DNA of 64,000 nt from Podarcis vaucheri (lineage: Eukaryota). The DNA is taken from NCBI GenBank assembly GCA_965113315.1, contig OZ220364.1, one strand, 5' to 3'. How positions within the stretch are numbered: the first letter of the stretch is position 1; each line of letters starts with the position of its first letter. Both the position numbers and the translations under genes were made by a program. The notes under the pieces are model-generated. The model had not been told where the DNA came from. It worked only from the letters and a program-made list of their open reading frames with translations, and did not search any database. Of this stretch, positions 52,657 through 64,000 are shown piece after piece.

Positions 52657-55345
52657 TAGCTCACACTATACAGTGCATACATTTATAATGTTCGGTGAAG
52701 CATGGACCTGCTGTGTTTACCTGCCAAATAAATGTTGGAGTAGGTGGAATTCAGCAGACTGTGAACGGAAACCCCCTCTGTATTTTCTTGGCAAATCTTC
52801 CAGCTATTTTTTGGTGCTGCTTGCAGCTTTCACCACAGGAACAAATGTCTGGAAATCTAGATGGCTGCAGTTATATTCACAGTCTGACCTTATTTTGAGG
52901 AAAGGGGCAGATCTGTTGGCTTCATTTGAAAACTGAGTCTCAAATTTTGTATACTTTAAACAAACTTAAGGCTCTAGTCTTCAGTGTGAAGAAGAAATTA
53001 GTTGAAGAATTCTACAGGCTAAGTGGAATATGGATTTTCTGAGTCTAGAATTCCAGTGTCTGTAATACTTGGCAGTTCTCCCAGGTGAGACTCCTAGAGT
53101 AATGTGAGGCCGAGCAGCACAAAAAAGATCAGAAAAGCACAAAGTGGAGTTTTATAAGTTAAACAGAGTAAAACAACGGAAAGGGGGAGACATGCAACTC
53201 AAGATCTCTGTAACTGCAAGGCTGTGAGTTTTCAGAATATTGCTCTTGGAATTTGTAACATGGCCTAAAGGAGTGAGGTGTGGCAGGGCAGTGTTGGAAG
53301 AGCTTTGCAGGAAAATGTGTGATGGCAAAGGAACATCTCCCCCACCCAATAAAACTAAACAAAAGTAATGGAGATCAGTGAATATATGTGCTAGCTTTCA
53401 GATGGCTGGGGCTTGCTCTTGCTCTGCTGCTCCAGAACATGCATGCTCTCTTTGAGTCCAGCTGTCCTTTTCTCCCTTCCCTGCCATTTATCCTATGAAT
53501 TTTCACTGGCCCTACTTGCCAACTTTGATTTCTTAGGTGGTTAATGCTAAAATAATCAGTATTAAGTTGCCGTTTGAGTGAGGCTATTAGGCCAGGAGCT
53601 GTACTAACCCAGCCTTTCTCAGCAACACCTAAGATCTTCTATTGAGTCAACTAATTGTTGACGAATAAACATGCATTGTGGATAACAGTTATTCTGTGGC
53701 ACTGACCGCAGTTTACTTTGGATTTGAAATTTGTGCAGGTGTGTTATGGATCTCCACAATGTCCTTCAGCAAAGGATTTGTCCTTGTTAAGATTGCTGTG
53801 ATACTATTATTATTATTACTATTATCATTATTATTAGCACTTAGTATCACAGTTGGGCATGAGGCATTACTATTAACTAGCTGAATTAATATAAAAGCTC
53901 CCAGAACCTTGTTTGTGATAGGTTCTTGCATCAGGACAGCTCAGCTAAGGTTGCATATAAAAAACATAGTCAAAATGTTAGGCGCTTGATCAGGTTTGGT
54001 TCTCTGCAAAAGAAACTGGTGAAACTTGTGCACCTCTGTGAGGTGGGCTTTTACTTAGCTAAGTCATCCAAGTAATAATGACTGAGGGTTAAACACGGTT
54101 GGTCATGATGACAGTCTAGCACAGATCTCAGCAGAATGAATAGCAAGTAACCATTAATCAAGATTAGGTGCTCTGATTAAAAGAGAAATGGAATCTGGGT
54201 AGAAGTAGCTCCTTTCACAATACCAAGAGGCTAAGCCAGACTCTGTGATACTTACGTTTGATCTTGGTGAAGCTTGTATAGAATTCCAGTCTTACATTTA
54301 AACTGGTACACTAAATGTACTTAAATATAGGGCATGTCTACACTACAGATTTGAGCCAGATTTTTTCAAACTGATTCATCTGTTTCCACCACCCTGCCAA
54401 GGAAACCTAAGAGCATTGCTTGGGGATCCTCATTGCTTCATAGAATCACATTGCCTAATGCCTTAAGCCCCTTTAAAAACTATGGTGTAAATATGTGCAT
54501 AACCTAGCGCCACATCCCTACTAATCTCTGCCTGATAACATTCTACCTTTTTATCTATCTATTATCTTTCTGTGGTAGAACAAAATGTAGGTTACAGTAA
54601 GTATATATACGTGAACTGCCCTGAAATCTTTGGATGAAGGGTGGTATACAAATTTAATACACAAATAAAATAAATATAGCCACTTTGCCAGTGCTTTTTT
54701 CTTTGGGCATTTGCTCCTAGGGCTTCTGATTGAAGATCTTCAAAGCCACCCTGAATTTCATTTAGGTGAGATACATTGTCGAGAAGCAAGCACCAAGAGC
54801 ACCTGTATTATTTTTAAGGGTTTTCTTGCTGTCAACTTCTTTTGCCAAACTGCTTCTTAAATTGTTTTCAGTTTTTAAAATGTAGTTCAGGGGACATTGC
54901 GTCAGTTGTACATTTGTGTGTGCATGTGAATTTCTCTCTTTCAGCAGTTCCTGTGCCAAGCCAGTCAGACCATTTTTTTAAAATTCAGAAGTTATAAATC
55001 AGTTTTTAAAGAGAGAGAGGCAAGCGTTCCAAGTGTGTTAGTAAAAGCCCTCCTTCTGTCCCTCTTGTGTTTAGAGTGTTTCCAGAGGGATGTGCACATC
55101 TCTGTCTCTGTGGCAGCTAGAAGTTCTTGATAGAATAAATTCTAGGATTTGTGGGAACGTGCAGTGTTAACATTTAAGGACATAAGAAGAGCCTGCTAGA
55201 TTCTGTTCTCACAGTGGCCAACCAGATTCATATGGGAAGTCCTCAAGCAGGGCATGGGTGCAACTTCCCAAGGCCCCAGTTTTGTGGTAGATGTTGCAAT
55301 TGCAGACATAGGGTGAATTAGTGCTTTGGCTACAGAGCATAATGA

Positions 55346-55711
<366 letters not shown>

Positions 55712-56667
55712 TAATGCCAACTCACTGTGGGTGTGTAGTGCTGGTACACAAAGCCATCCAAACACGCGTATCACCTTTTGGAAGCGTATCGCTCACAAGC
55801 AAGAGAGCCCCCAACCCACAAAGCTTATCTCTGTGTTGAGAAAACCTGTGTGTGAAGCAGCTCTTGCACTTCGGTGGAACTTGCAGGCCCAATATTAATG
55901 ATATAGGATCTCGGACATATTGTGATTATTAGTTATCTGTGAAAAGATCCCAGGATCTAGTTAAATCCACTGTTGCATCTGTGTTGGAAATTGTCATGTC
56001 TTCTCTTAGACCTTCCCTTTGTGAATTTGACTGAAAGCTTCAACCCCACAGCTGCTAATGGCATCTGGATGCTAAAAACCACCTCTGGTCACGTGTTGCT
56101 TTCCACGGTATAAGCCTGCGGCTTTCCAGATGTTGTCAGACTCCAGTTCCCACCTTGCTGGTCAGGAGTTTGAATCCAGCACAGTCTGGAGGGCCATTCC
56201 TGGTATAGGATCTGCTAGTGGCCCATATGAAAGTAATGGCCCATAGAACATGATGAGAGGGCAGGGCTGAGAAACCCCTTTGTATGAAAAAGCTGAAGGG
56301 AGGCAGGATAGGATGATGTCGTTGACTGTGTTCACTCTTAGTTCTGCTGCCTACCTAATTTGCAAATATTCTGGAGATGAAGGTTATAAGTTTCAGTTCC
56401 TCCTAAACTGGGGGAAAATAGCAGGCCCAATTAAATGCATCTCTGCCTTGAGAGGAGGAAGCTGAGCAGCAAGGCAGGGGTCAGTAGGTACAGCTTCCAT
56501 TTTGGCTGGGCCTGATTCAGAGCCAAACAAGACATGTGTTTTTGTTCAGTCTGTGCCTGCCTATTTGCTTGTAACATGCAGGTGTGGGGAGAGCCATGTT
56601 TTATGTCAGGGTGGGCACACAAGTAAGGGGATCAAGGGCTATTCTGTCCTCCCTTTTCCTTTTTGTT

Positions 56668-56930
56668 TTATTATAATTATAATTTATTATTTATTGAATT
56701 TATATTCCGCCCTATATCCGGAGGTCTCAGGGTGGTTCACAAAACAAAATCAAAATATAAAACCACAAAACACATTATCAAAATAAAAACAACAACCCAA
56801 TAAATACACCCCAACAAAGCAAAAAAAATACTGTACCACATTCTAAAAGGGCATAGGATGTCAATCAAATCAACCAAAGGCCTGGTTAAAAAGGAACATT
56901 TTTGCCTTGCGCCTAAAGGTGTATAATGCT
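56668..56930 (-). mobile_element. L2-like LINE 3' end
   Basis: Reversed AT-rich tail then tccgccctat...ctcagggtggttcac. A short forward relative lies at ~54611-54675. Confidence 0.55.
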
Positions 56931-57695
56931 GCTTTGAGATTCTTTCCCCCCAAACCAGTTCCAGTATTGGAAGTAGAGTGGGCTAAAGGGAAAGGAGATT
57001 AAAGTAACCCAAGTGTGGCAAGGTAAAGGAGGGGAAAGTTTTGTTCCCCTCTCCTGCCAACTCATTTTTGATACTCAGAAAGTAGATCTCAGCCCCACCT
57101 GAGAGATAAGCAGTCAAGGACCTGATTAAAAAGCACAGGCATGTCTGGCTTGCCCTTTAGCGGGCTTAAGCTATGAGTGAGGAAGAGCTCATGTTGCTCT
57201 CCTTCCCTGTGGAATAGGCTCAGCTGTATCCAAGGGCCACATTCCCTTTTGGGCAGCCTTCCAGGGACCACATGCTGATGGTGGGTGAAGCCAGAGACCA
57301 AAGCAGTGGATGTGCATTTTATGGTGCAATAGGCTCCTTTCTACAGATGTTTGCACACACCCACAACCTCTGCCTTCCATCCAGGCAAACAAGAGGTATT
57401 ACCAGAGCCAAGGACCTATTCCAGTCAGGCAAGGGGGGGCAGGGAGGTGTGTGTGGTCTGGGGAGGGTCCCACAGTTCAGAGAGGAGTACATTTGCCCCC
57501 CAACCCTGAGGTTCCCCTGTATGACATGCACTCTCTCTCTCCTGCCCACCTATTTTTGTTTCTGGTTAAATTGAGAAGGCTTAAACCAATAACCCTGCAG
57601 GGAGTCCAATTTCACAGCGAATGGTATTTCTCTCTCCTAAACCCATGCAGACACGACCCCTAATAACTCCTCGCTTTGTCCCCTCCCCTCCACAG

Positions 57696-57821
57696 GTGGA
57701 AGCTCCCTTTATACCAAAGTGCAAAGGCCCCGGCGACACAAGTAACTTTGACGACTACGAGGAAGAGGAGATCCGGGTGTCCATCAGTGAGAAGTGCGCC
57801 AAGGAGTTTGCAGAATTTTAG
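57696..57821 (+). CDS. PRKACA: PRKACA exon 10 coding part (AGC C-tail, stop)
   Basis: [41 protein letters not shown], with FDDY, Ser338 and the terminal FxxF motif. Confidence 0.98.
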   Translation: MEAPFIPKCKGPGDTSNFDDYEEEEIRVSISEKCAKEFAEF

Positions 57822-59900
57822 GGCCAGTCCCCCTTGCTTTGTGTGCCCAGGAAAAGGAAGGGCTGGATTTGATCAGCCCCAAGGGCCAGAGTTCCTTGCC
57901 TATATGTTAATTTGGGGAGGTGGGAGAGTGTTGGGGTTCACCTGAATCTGTTTGGGCAGAAGAGAGAAAAGGGGAGTTCATTTTGAAGCTGTGGAAAAGG
58001 CAGCAGTCGGAGTGCCATCCATCCACCTCCCACTGAAAGCTGTAAGGTGGCTCCCAGCCACTCTCAGGCAGGTTTTAAACAAATTCCCTTCCTCCTCATA
58101 TTGACTCCAATACCCCTCCCCACCACTACCACACACAAACCCTAATTGGACAGTCCCTGGTTTATTGGTGGCTTTATTTTATTTTTATTTTATTTTTTAG
58201 GGGAAAGGGGATATATTTGCCATTCATCACCCCCTATGAAAGGTCTGGTTCATGGGGCATTGCAAGAATTTCTGGAGGGGGGGTTAGGGCAAGAAATAAC
58301 CACATCCACACAGCACTTTGGTGTTTAGACCAGCACTGAACAGGTTAATGGCCCCACCCTCTCGCCTTCTCCTATGGGACAACTCCTGTCCTTTTATCAG
58401 TCCCCCCCCCTTTCCAGGCCCCTTTTATTATCTTTAAATAAAAAGTTTAAAGAAATAGTTGACTGGCTTTATAAAAAAAGGGTTTTAAAAGTCTAGGCAG
58501 GGCACAGTGCTTTTTTATACGCTCTGTCTCCCGCACCGTTAAATTAAATTCAGCCGGAATTTTAACTCTGTAAAAACAACTGAGTTTTAGCATGAAGAAT
58601 TTGTGTGTGTTTTTTGGATAGAAAAACACTTTATTTCCAATCTTTGTCTCCCTATTTTGGGGGAAAGAAGGGGGCAATAGTTTTCACACCTGTAGGAGGG
58701 AGCAGTGACTGGTTGCCAGCTGGCAAAGGCATACTGAGAGAAAGAAGCTTGTCTCAATTTGTCTTTCTTAAATGTGCACACACCCCTTCTCTCTCTCTCT
58801 CTCTCTCCCCCTCCCTCCCTCCCTCTCCCTCCCTTAGTCTCCCCATCACCACCACCCTCCAATCCAAATGTCCCAACATGAGTTTCCCCACTTCAGGCAA
58901 CTCTTGGAGCATCTGCCTGAACGGAAGAGAAACAAGCAGGATCTAGTCCACCCTGTGAAACATCAGATAGACTCTAGCTAGTTGCCATGGTTCAAAGGGG
59001 CCTCTCCCGTTTGGTGAGCCATCAGGGTGGGAGAAAGTCCATGTAGATAGAGCTTGGCCGTCGCAGGCAAAATGCATTGGCTGCTGGGATCCTACCCTTC
59101 CCAACTCAAACCTCTGACATCTGTTTTTGTAATACAAGGATCTTTCCAGTCTGTTGGTGGAAACTCCATCGTACCGGTCCTTAAGGGCTCCATCGGCCTG
59201 CTATGTGGGGTTTTTTTAAATGTTAAGACGGTAAGGAGGGAGTGGAAAATGTAAATCCCGGTGTAAATGGAGGTGGGGTAGGGGCTTAGAAACGAAAGTG
59301 TTGGGAAGGCCCATTCCATTTTGACCTGCAGTTCTGACAGGGAATGAGAGGTGGCATCTGTTTTATTAGAGTCTTTTCTCATGGATGCGGAGGGAGCTGT
59401 GACTCAAAGATGAGGAGGGGGAGCCCATTTCTCTCCATTTAATTTGTTCCGACTCTTTCCTCCCCCTCCCTTTCCAATGCAATGCCTCTTTGTGTTCTGT
59501 CTTCACCTACCCCACTCCAAACACACTCTATATTCACCAGTTTAGTTTTCTTTTGTTTTCTTTCTGTGGCTGGGGAGCAAAGCAGTCTTCTTTAGATTGA
59601 TAGATGACATATAACACATACAGAAGCGCTGTCAGGAGCAGGCAAGCTTTGCTTGCCCCTCCAACTCCTCGTCGTCCTCTTCCCACCAATAGCTCATTGG
59701 CCTCTTCTGTGTTGGGTTGGGGAGACAGCGGGAGTTAAAATACCCACCAGCTCCCTGCCTCAGAAAAAAACACTTCTATGTAATCCAACAAAACTTGTTT
59801 CACTGAGAAAAAAACAAACCCTACTTCCTCTTTAACAGTGTGCTTTGTTGTAAACATATTTGAAACTATTACCAATAAAGTTTTGTTTAAAAAAAACCTG
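57822..59900 (+). other. PRKACA: PRKACA 3' UTR
   Basis: Stretch after the stop with no recognisable transposon, ending at AATAAA 59874-59879. Confidence 0.7.
59874..59879 (+). terminator. Distal polyadenylation signal
   Basis: tgtaaacatatttgaaactattaccAATAAAgttttgtttaaaa, with U/GU-rich sequence downstream. Confidence 0.75.
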
Positions 59901-61429
59901 AATTTTTATTTCTGAAGTGTGACTTAAGACAGGGTGGTGCGGAGAAGAGGAAGAAGCGAGGGGCTGTGATGACATTGAGAGGTTTGAACGCTAATACGGG
60001 AGACAGTACTTGGGCCTTCCAAATGACAGGTGCTAAATGATGGCACTTAATGGGAAGTTATGGAATATATCTTCTTAGAGAGCAGTATGTGTGCTCACAT
60101 TTGCCACTGACACAGTGAGATTCTTTACCTACGGTTTAATTGCCATGCCTGAAGGTACATAGATTGAGGGTATTGTCTGTCCTGATCAACTTTAAGGAGG
60201 TCAGCTAACAAAATGGATTAGCTAGTTTTAACTTACTAGCCAATCAATAATGCAGTAGCAATATAAGTGATATTTTGAGACTATTTAATTTTTAGTTTGT
60301 GGGAATTCTGCTAGCATCTTAAAGATGGAAAGTTAAGATTATCAAATAGCTGTGAAAATGGGATCATGTGTCTGTTACCTAAAGTTTACACCAGCATTCC
60401 ACAATTGCCAGATTCACTGGACCTGTGTGTTTAGATAGATAGATAGATAGAGCCATAGAATGTTGATATTTATAGAAAGCTCCTACCCTGCTGATTACAA
60501 AAGAATACACTATTTGTATGTGAAATAAATGTCACATGTCGAGTTACGTAATGAACTATAGTGTTGTACAAAGTCTCCTAGTACAAAATCCATCCATTCA
60601 AGGCCATTGAAAGTTGGGCAGACAAAATATAAACCACTTTAATGGTACACAGACATTCCTGTTCTTGTAAGAGATCAACCATTATCAACACTGTCTCTGA
60701 GAAAACTAACTGTATTAGTCTCCAGAGGTACAACTATATTGCAAGGTCTCTGGACATTTGTGTTTTGCTTTTGGGGTCTCTGCTTATCGTCATAGTTAAA
60801 GAACTTTTTCAGCAAGATGTATGGCAACTGTAGTTGGCTATAATGTCACTCTTTTCCTTAATCTAAATTTTGCTTTTTCTATGTACGTATTTCAGGCTTG
60901 GCTTGAAAAAGTGACAGCCTACCAATAGCTTGTGGCACATTACAAACAAACTTTTTTGTGTTGCATTAGCTAGCTAGGATGCTAGAGCAGTTTTTCATGC
61001 TGCTACAAGACTCCTTTCTTGTTCTAGTTCGACTGAAGTTGGCTTCTAAAGAGATGTCCGCTCAAGTGAAGTGATGGAATGAGGTGCACTGGAAAACTAG
61101 GGTGAACTGTTCTAAAAGTGAATGGGTCATTCTGAGAATAACAAGCATTAGGGACTGAACAGCAAAGGGATGCAACTTGATTTGAAGCATGCTAGCTGCT
61201 TTCCCAGTTCATACAGAGGTAAGACTTCTTGGAGCTATGAGATCCTTTTTGGTTCCTTTTTTAATTTTCTTAGCTAAACCCAGATACACTGTAGTTTGTT
61301 CACTCCACCTTCCCCCAATGTTGACGACAGTTTGGAAGAGGAATTCCACTTTCACCTCCGGTTAATAGCTGTGGTATTACTTTCAAAAACTGCAAAATCT
61401 TTTTGACCAGAGATGGCAGTGGGACAAAA

Positions 61430-61430
<1 letters not shown>

Positions 61431-61465
<35 letters not shown>
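61431..61465. repeat. (TG)n microsatellite
   Basis: Perfect TG run of about 17 units. Confidence 0.95.
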
Positions 61466-61468
<3 letters not shown>

Positions 61469-64000
61469 CACATGGGAACTGAAGCCCTTCTCAAACCACT
61501 TTTCATCTCTCAAGCATACCTGTCTTCCTCTTAAATTGCCTTCTGATACCCTATCTGGTCCCCATTGTTTGAGCACTTTTTTCTCTTCATGATGGTCAGG
61601 CAAGGAGGCCACATCTGGTGATGAGCAAAGTCTTGCTCCGGAGGGTAGCACTTGGTTAACAGTGATCCCCAGCGTTCCAAAGCTAACAGGGTACAGAAGT
61701 TGTAGGCCAGTAAGACTGCCTACAGTTCTTGCAGCTTCTTGAAGCTGTCTGAAACCGTGCAGCCTCTCAGTAGGTCCACATACAACTCATGGCTGCTATG
61801 CAAGAAAGTTGGTACAAAAGACACTATAACACTAGAGAATGTTGAAAACCCAGAAGCACAAAGTTAAATGTCTCAAACACAGGCTTGTTAATGCAACTTG
61901 CCCCTTTTCCTGTCACGTAAGACAGGCTCCGTTGCCCTATGTAAGGAATCATACCCCAATTTCAATGTATCAGCTGTTTAGGTATCTTCACAAGTTGGAT
62001 TAAACTGTATGTGTGTGTGTTTGTGTGCAGTCTTCAGGCCATTTGACTTGCATAATATCCTTTTTACATAAGATTTAGATAACTGATGTGTATATATGTT
62101 AAAGTTGTATACTCAAGAGGAATGCCACATTTGGCATGCTCTTGTCTCTGTTCAGGATGCCTGGAAACCTTGCATTTGCTTGCCAGCAAATACTGGAATT
62201 CTTGAACCTTGGTGTTTTAAGGAAAACCACAAATGAGAGATGTTAAGAGTAACCAAAATGCTACTGCAATTTTTCAAGGCGGTTGCTCTTGAAATCTCTC
62301 TGGAGGGCACAAATGCTTCGGTTTGGAAAAGATCATTCATTTGACACACTGGGAGTTTTAAAGTAAAACAAGTGGACTGGTAGTTTCAAAACATACTGAA
62401 AGCTACAGTGCTTTATTCCCACCTCTGGAAGGGAGGAGGGCTTGAAAAAGAGATGGCCTGAAGGCAGTTCATTCCTGACCACTTCCTCTCACTGACTCAG
62501 CTTGTGAACATGGGCATATTGCTTCCCTTTCCAGTGCCTCTTTCCCATCAGTAATGGGGCTGGATCAAAGCTACTGCTTCCCACAGTCCACATCACTGCT
62601 AAATCGTGTTACCTGTGCCATAACTGGAAAAACTATGATTTGAGGTGGACTGGAAATTCTCACAGGATTAGCATTGGGGAAAGCATTGAGTTAAACAGGT
62701 ACAGCCTAAGAGGACACAGAACCCTGTTATTCTGCCCTAATTGCAATATGTGGGAACTGGGAATATAACTCATGAAAGCTACCTCTTAACATATCCTTAT
62801 CAGCTGTCCTCAACTTATAGAAGTAGTCTATAGTGCAATGTTAAAACTCATGGTAACTTAGCATGGCTGCTCAATTTATACTATCCATTTTGCTTTTGGG
62901 GCCATAGAAAGCTACCTGATTCTGAGTCAGATCATTGGTCTATCTAACTTAGTACTGTCTGCACTGGCTGGCAGTGGCTCGCTAGGGTTTTTGATGCAAG
63001 GTTTCCCCCCAGTCCTGCCTTGAGCCACCAAGCAGATGCTTTTGTTCTCCCCCAGAATAAACAAGGAAGAGATTCTGTTCTGTAGGATCCCTTATTCACT
63101 TTTCCCCTACTCTTGCTCCTGCCCCAGGCATAAAGCCGATCACTACTGTCTTTCTCTTATGATGGTCAGTGTACTGCAGGAACTCATCTACTATATAGTT
63201 CAGTAGGTTGCTGCACTCTGCATAGACATTCAACGCATCTCTCACCGAGAACCGAGCCTGTTCCTATTTACGTTGCCTCTGTATTCTAATTCTTGGCCAT
63301 GCTATTGCAATGTGTTGTTGGAAATATATATAGAAGTTGGAGCTGCAACAATACGATGCACTGCTGAGTGCTGCTATTAAAGATTCCAACCACTCCCTCC
63401 CTCAAACCAGTTAGTCAGTCTCTGGCTCCTGAGCATGCTGTTCTCATTGGTCTGCTTTGAGATTTCCTTCCATTGGCTTTTTCCACTTTTTTTGTATTGC
63501 TACAAATCTTGGGGTTCCCCTATGCCTGGTAGTAGCTCCCGTTTTGTGCAAGGGCCTACAGCTTGAAAAGTGGAGCAGCATCCGCGTACACAACATTTTG
63601 CAGCACTGCCCTTCCTCTGCAAGCTAGCACTACCCAAGAACTGTGATGAAGATTGGTCTAGCTTGGTCAGGACTTGAGTAATTAGCAGGTAGAGAAGATG
63701 GACAATAGCACTGACTTCAACCAGACATAGCTTAAGTTGGTGGTGCTGACGTGCACTGCTGACTTTTACGTGAACAATAACTACCACACTATTTACTATG
63801 GATATGCTTTAGTGCAACTCGTGTTCACAAATAAATGAAGAGTGTGGTGTGGTGTGCTAGCCTTTGGCATCTTGTGAAAATTTCACAGCCCTACAATACA
63901 TCAGTACAGAGAAAATATACTCAAGGCCTCAGTCACTCTACTGCAGATTTCCTGTCTCATCTCTTTGAAATTCAATAGTCAATATTCCTAGCATTGCTTA

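Noticed and set aside
59900-64000. Start of a downstream gene (e.g. SAMD1, the human neighbour)
   Set aside because: No CpG island or recognisable exon in the last 4 kb.

Overview
Vertebrate genomic DNA from a squamate, probably a lacertid lizard judging by its Sauria and Squam3-type SINEs. The window holds almost all of PRKACA (PKA catalytic subunit alpha, + strand). It opens in the tail of a CpG island. The canonical Calpha1 exon 1 (MGNAA...) is not visible and probably lies just upstream. A >45 kb repeat-rich intron 1 follows, then coding exons 2-10 (45938-57821, all GT-AG, 1010 nt, exon sizes as in mammalian PRKACA) and a ~2 kb 3' UTR. Intron 1 holds the interesting material: (i) a 49-codon CpG-rich small ORF with a hydrophobic core (21617-21766), below the ORF-track cutoff, that from memory resembles human SMIM46; (ii) an alternative first exon (23062-23251) encoding a long N-terminus paralogous to PKA Cbeta2 (CalphaL); (iii) weaker candidates for short first exons (12423, 32578, 39391); (iv) Penelope-type remnants, one with a minimal hammerhead ribozyme motif; (v) many LINE, SINE and MITE insertions, several with clear target-site duplications.
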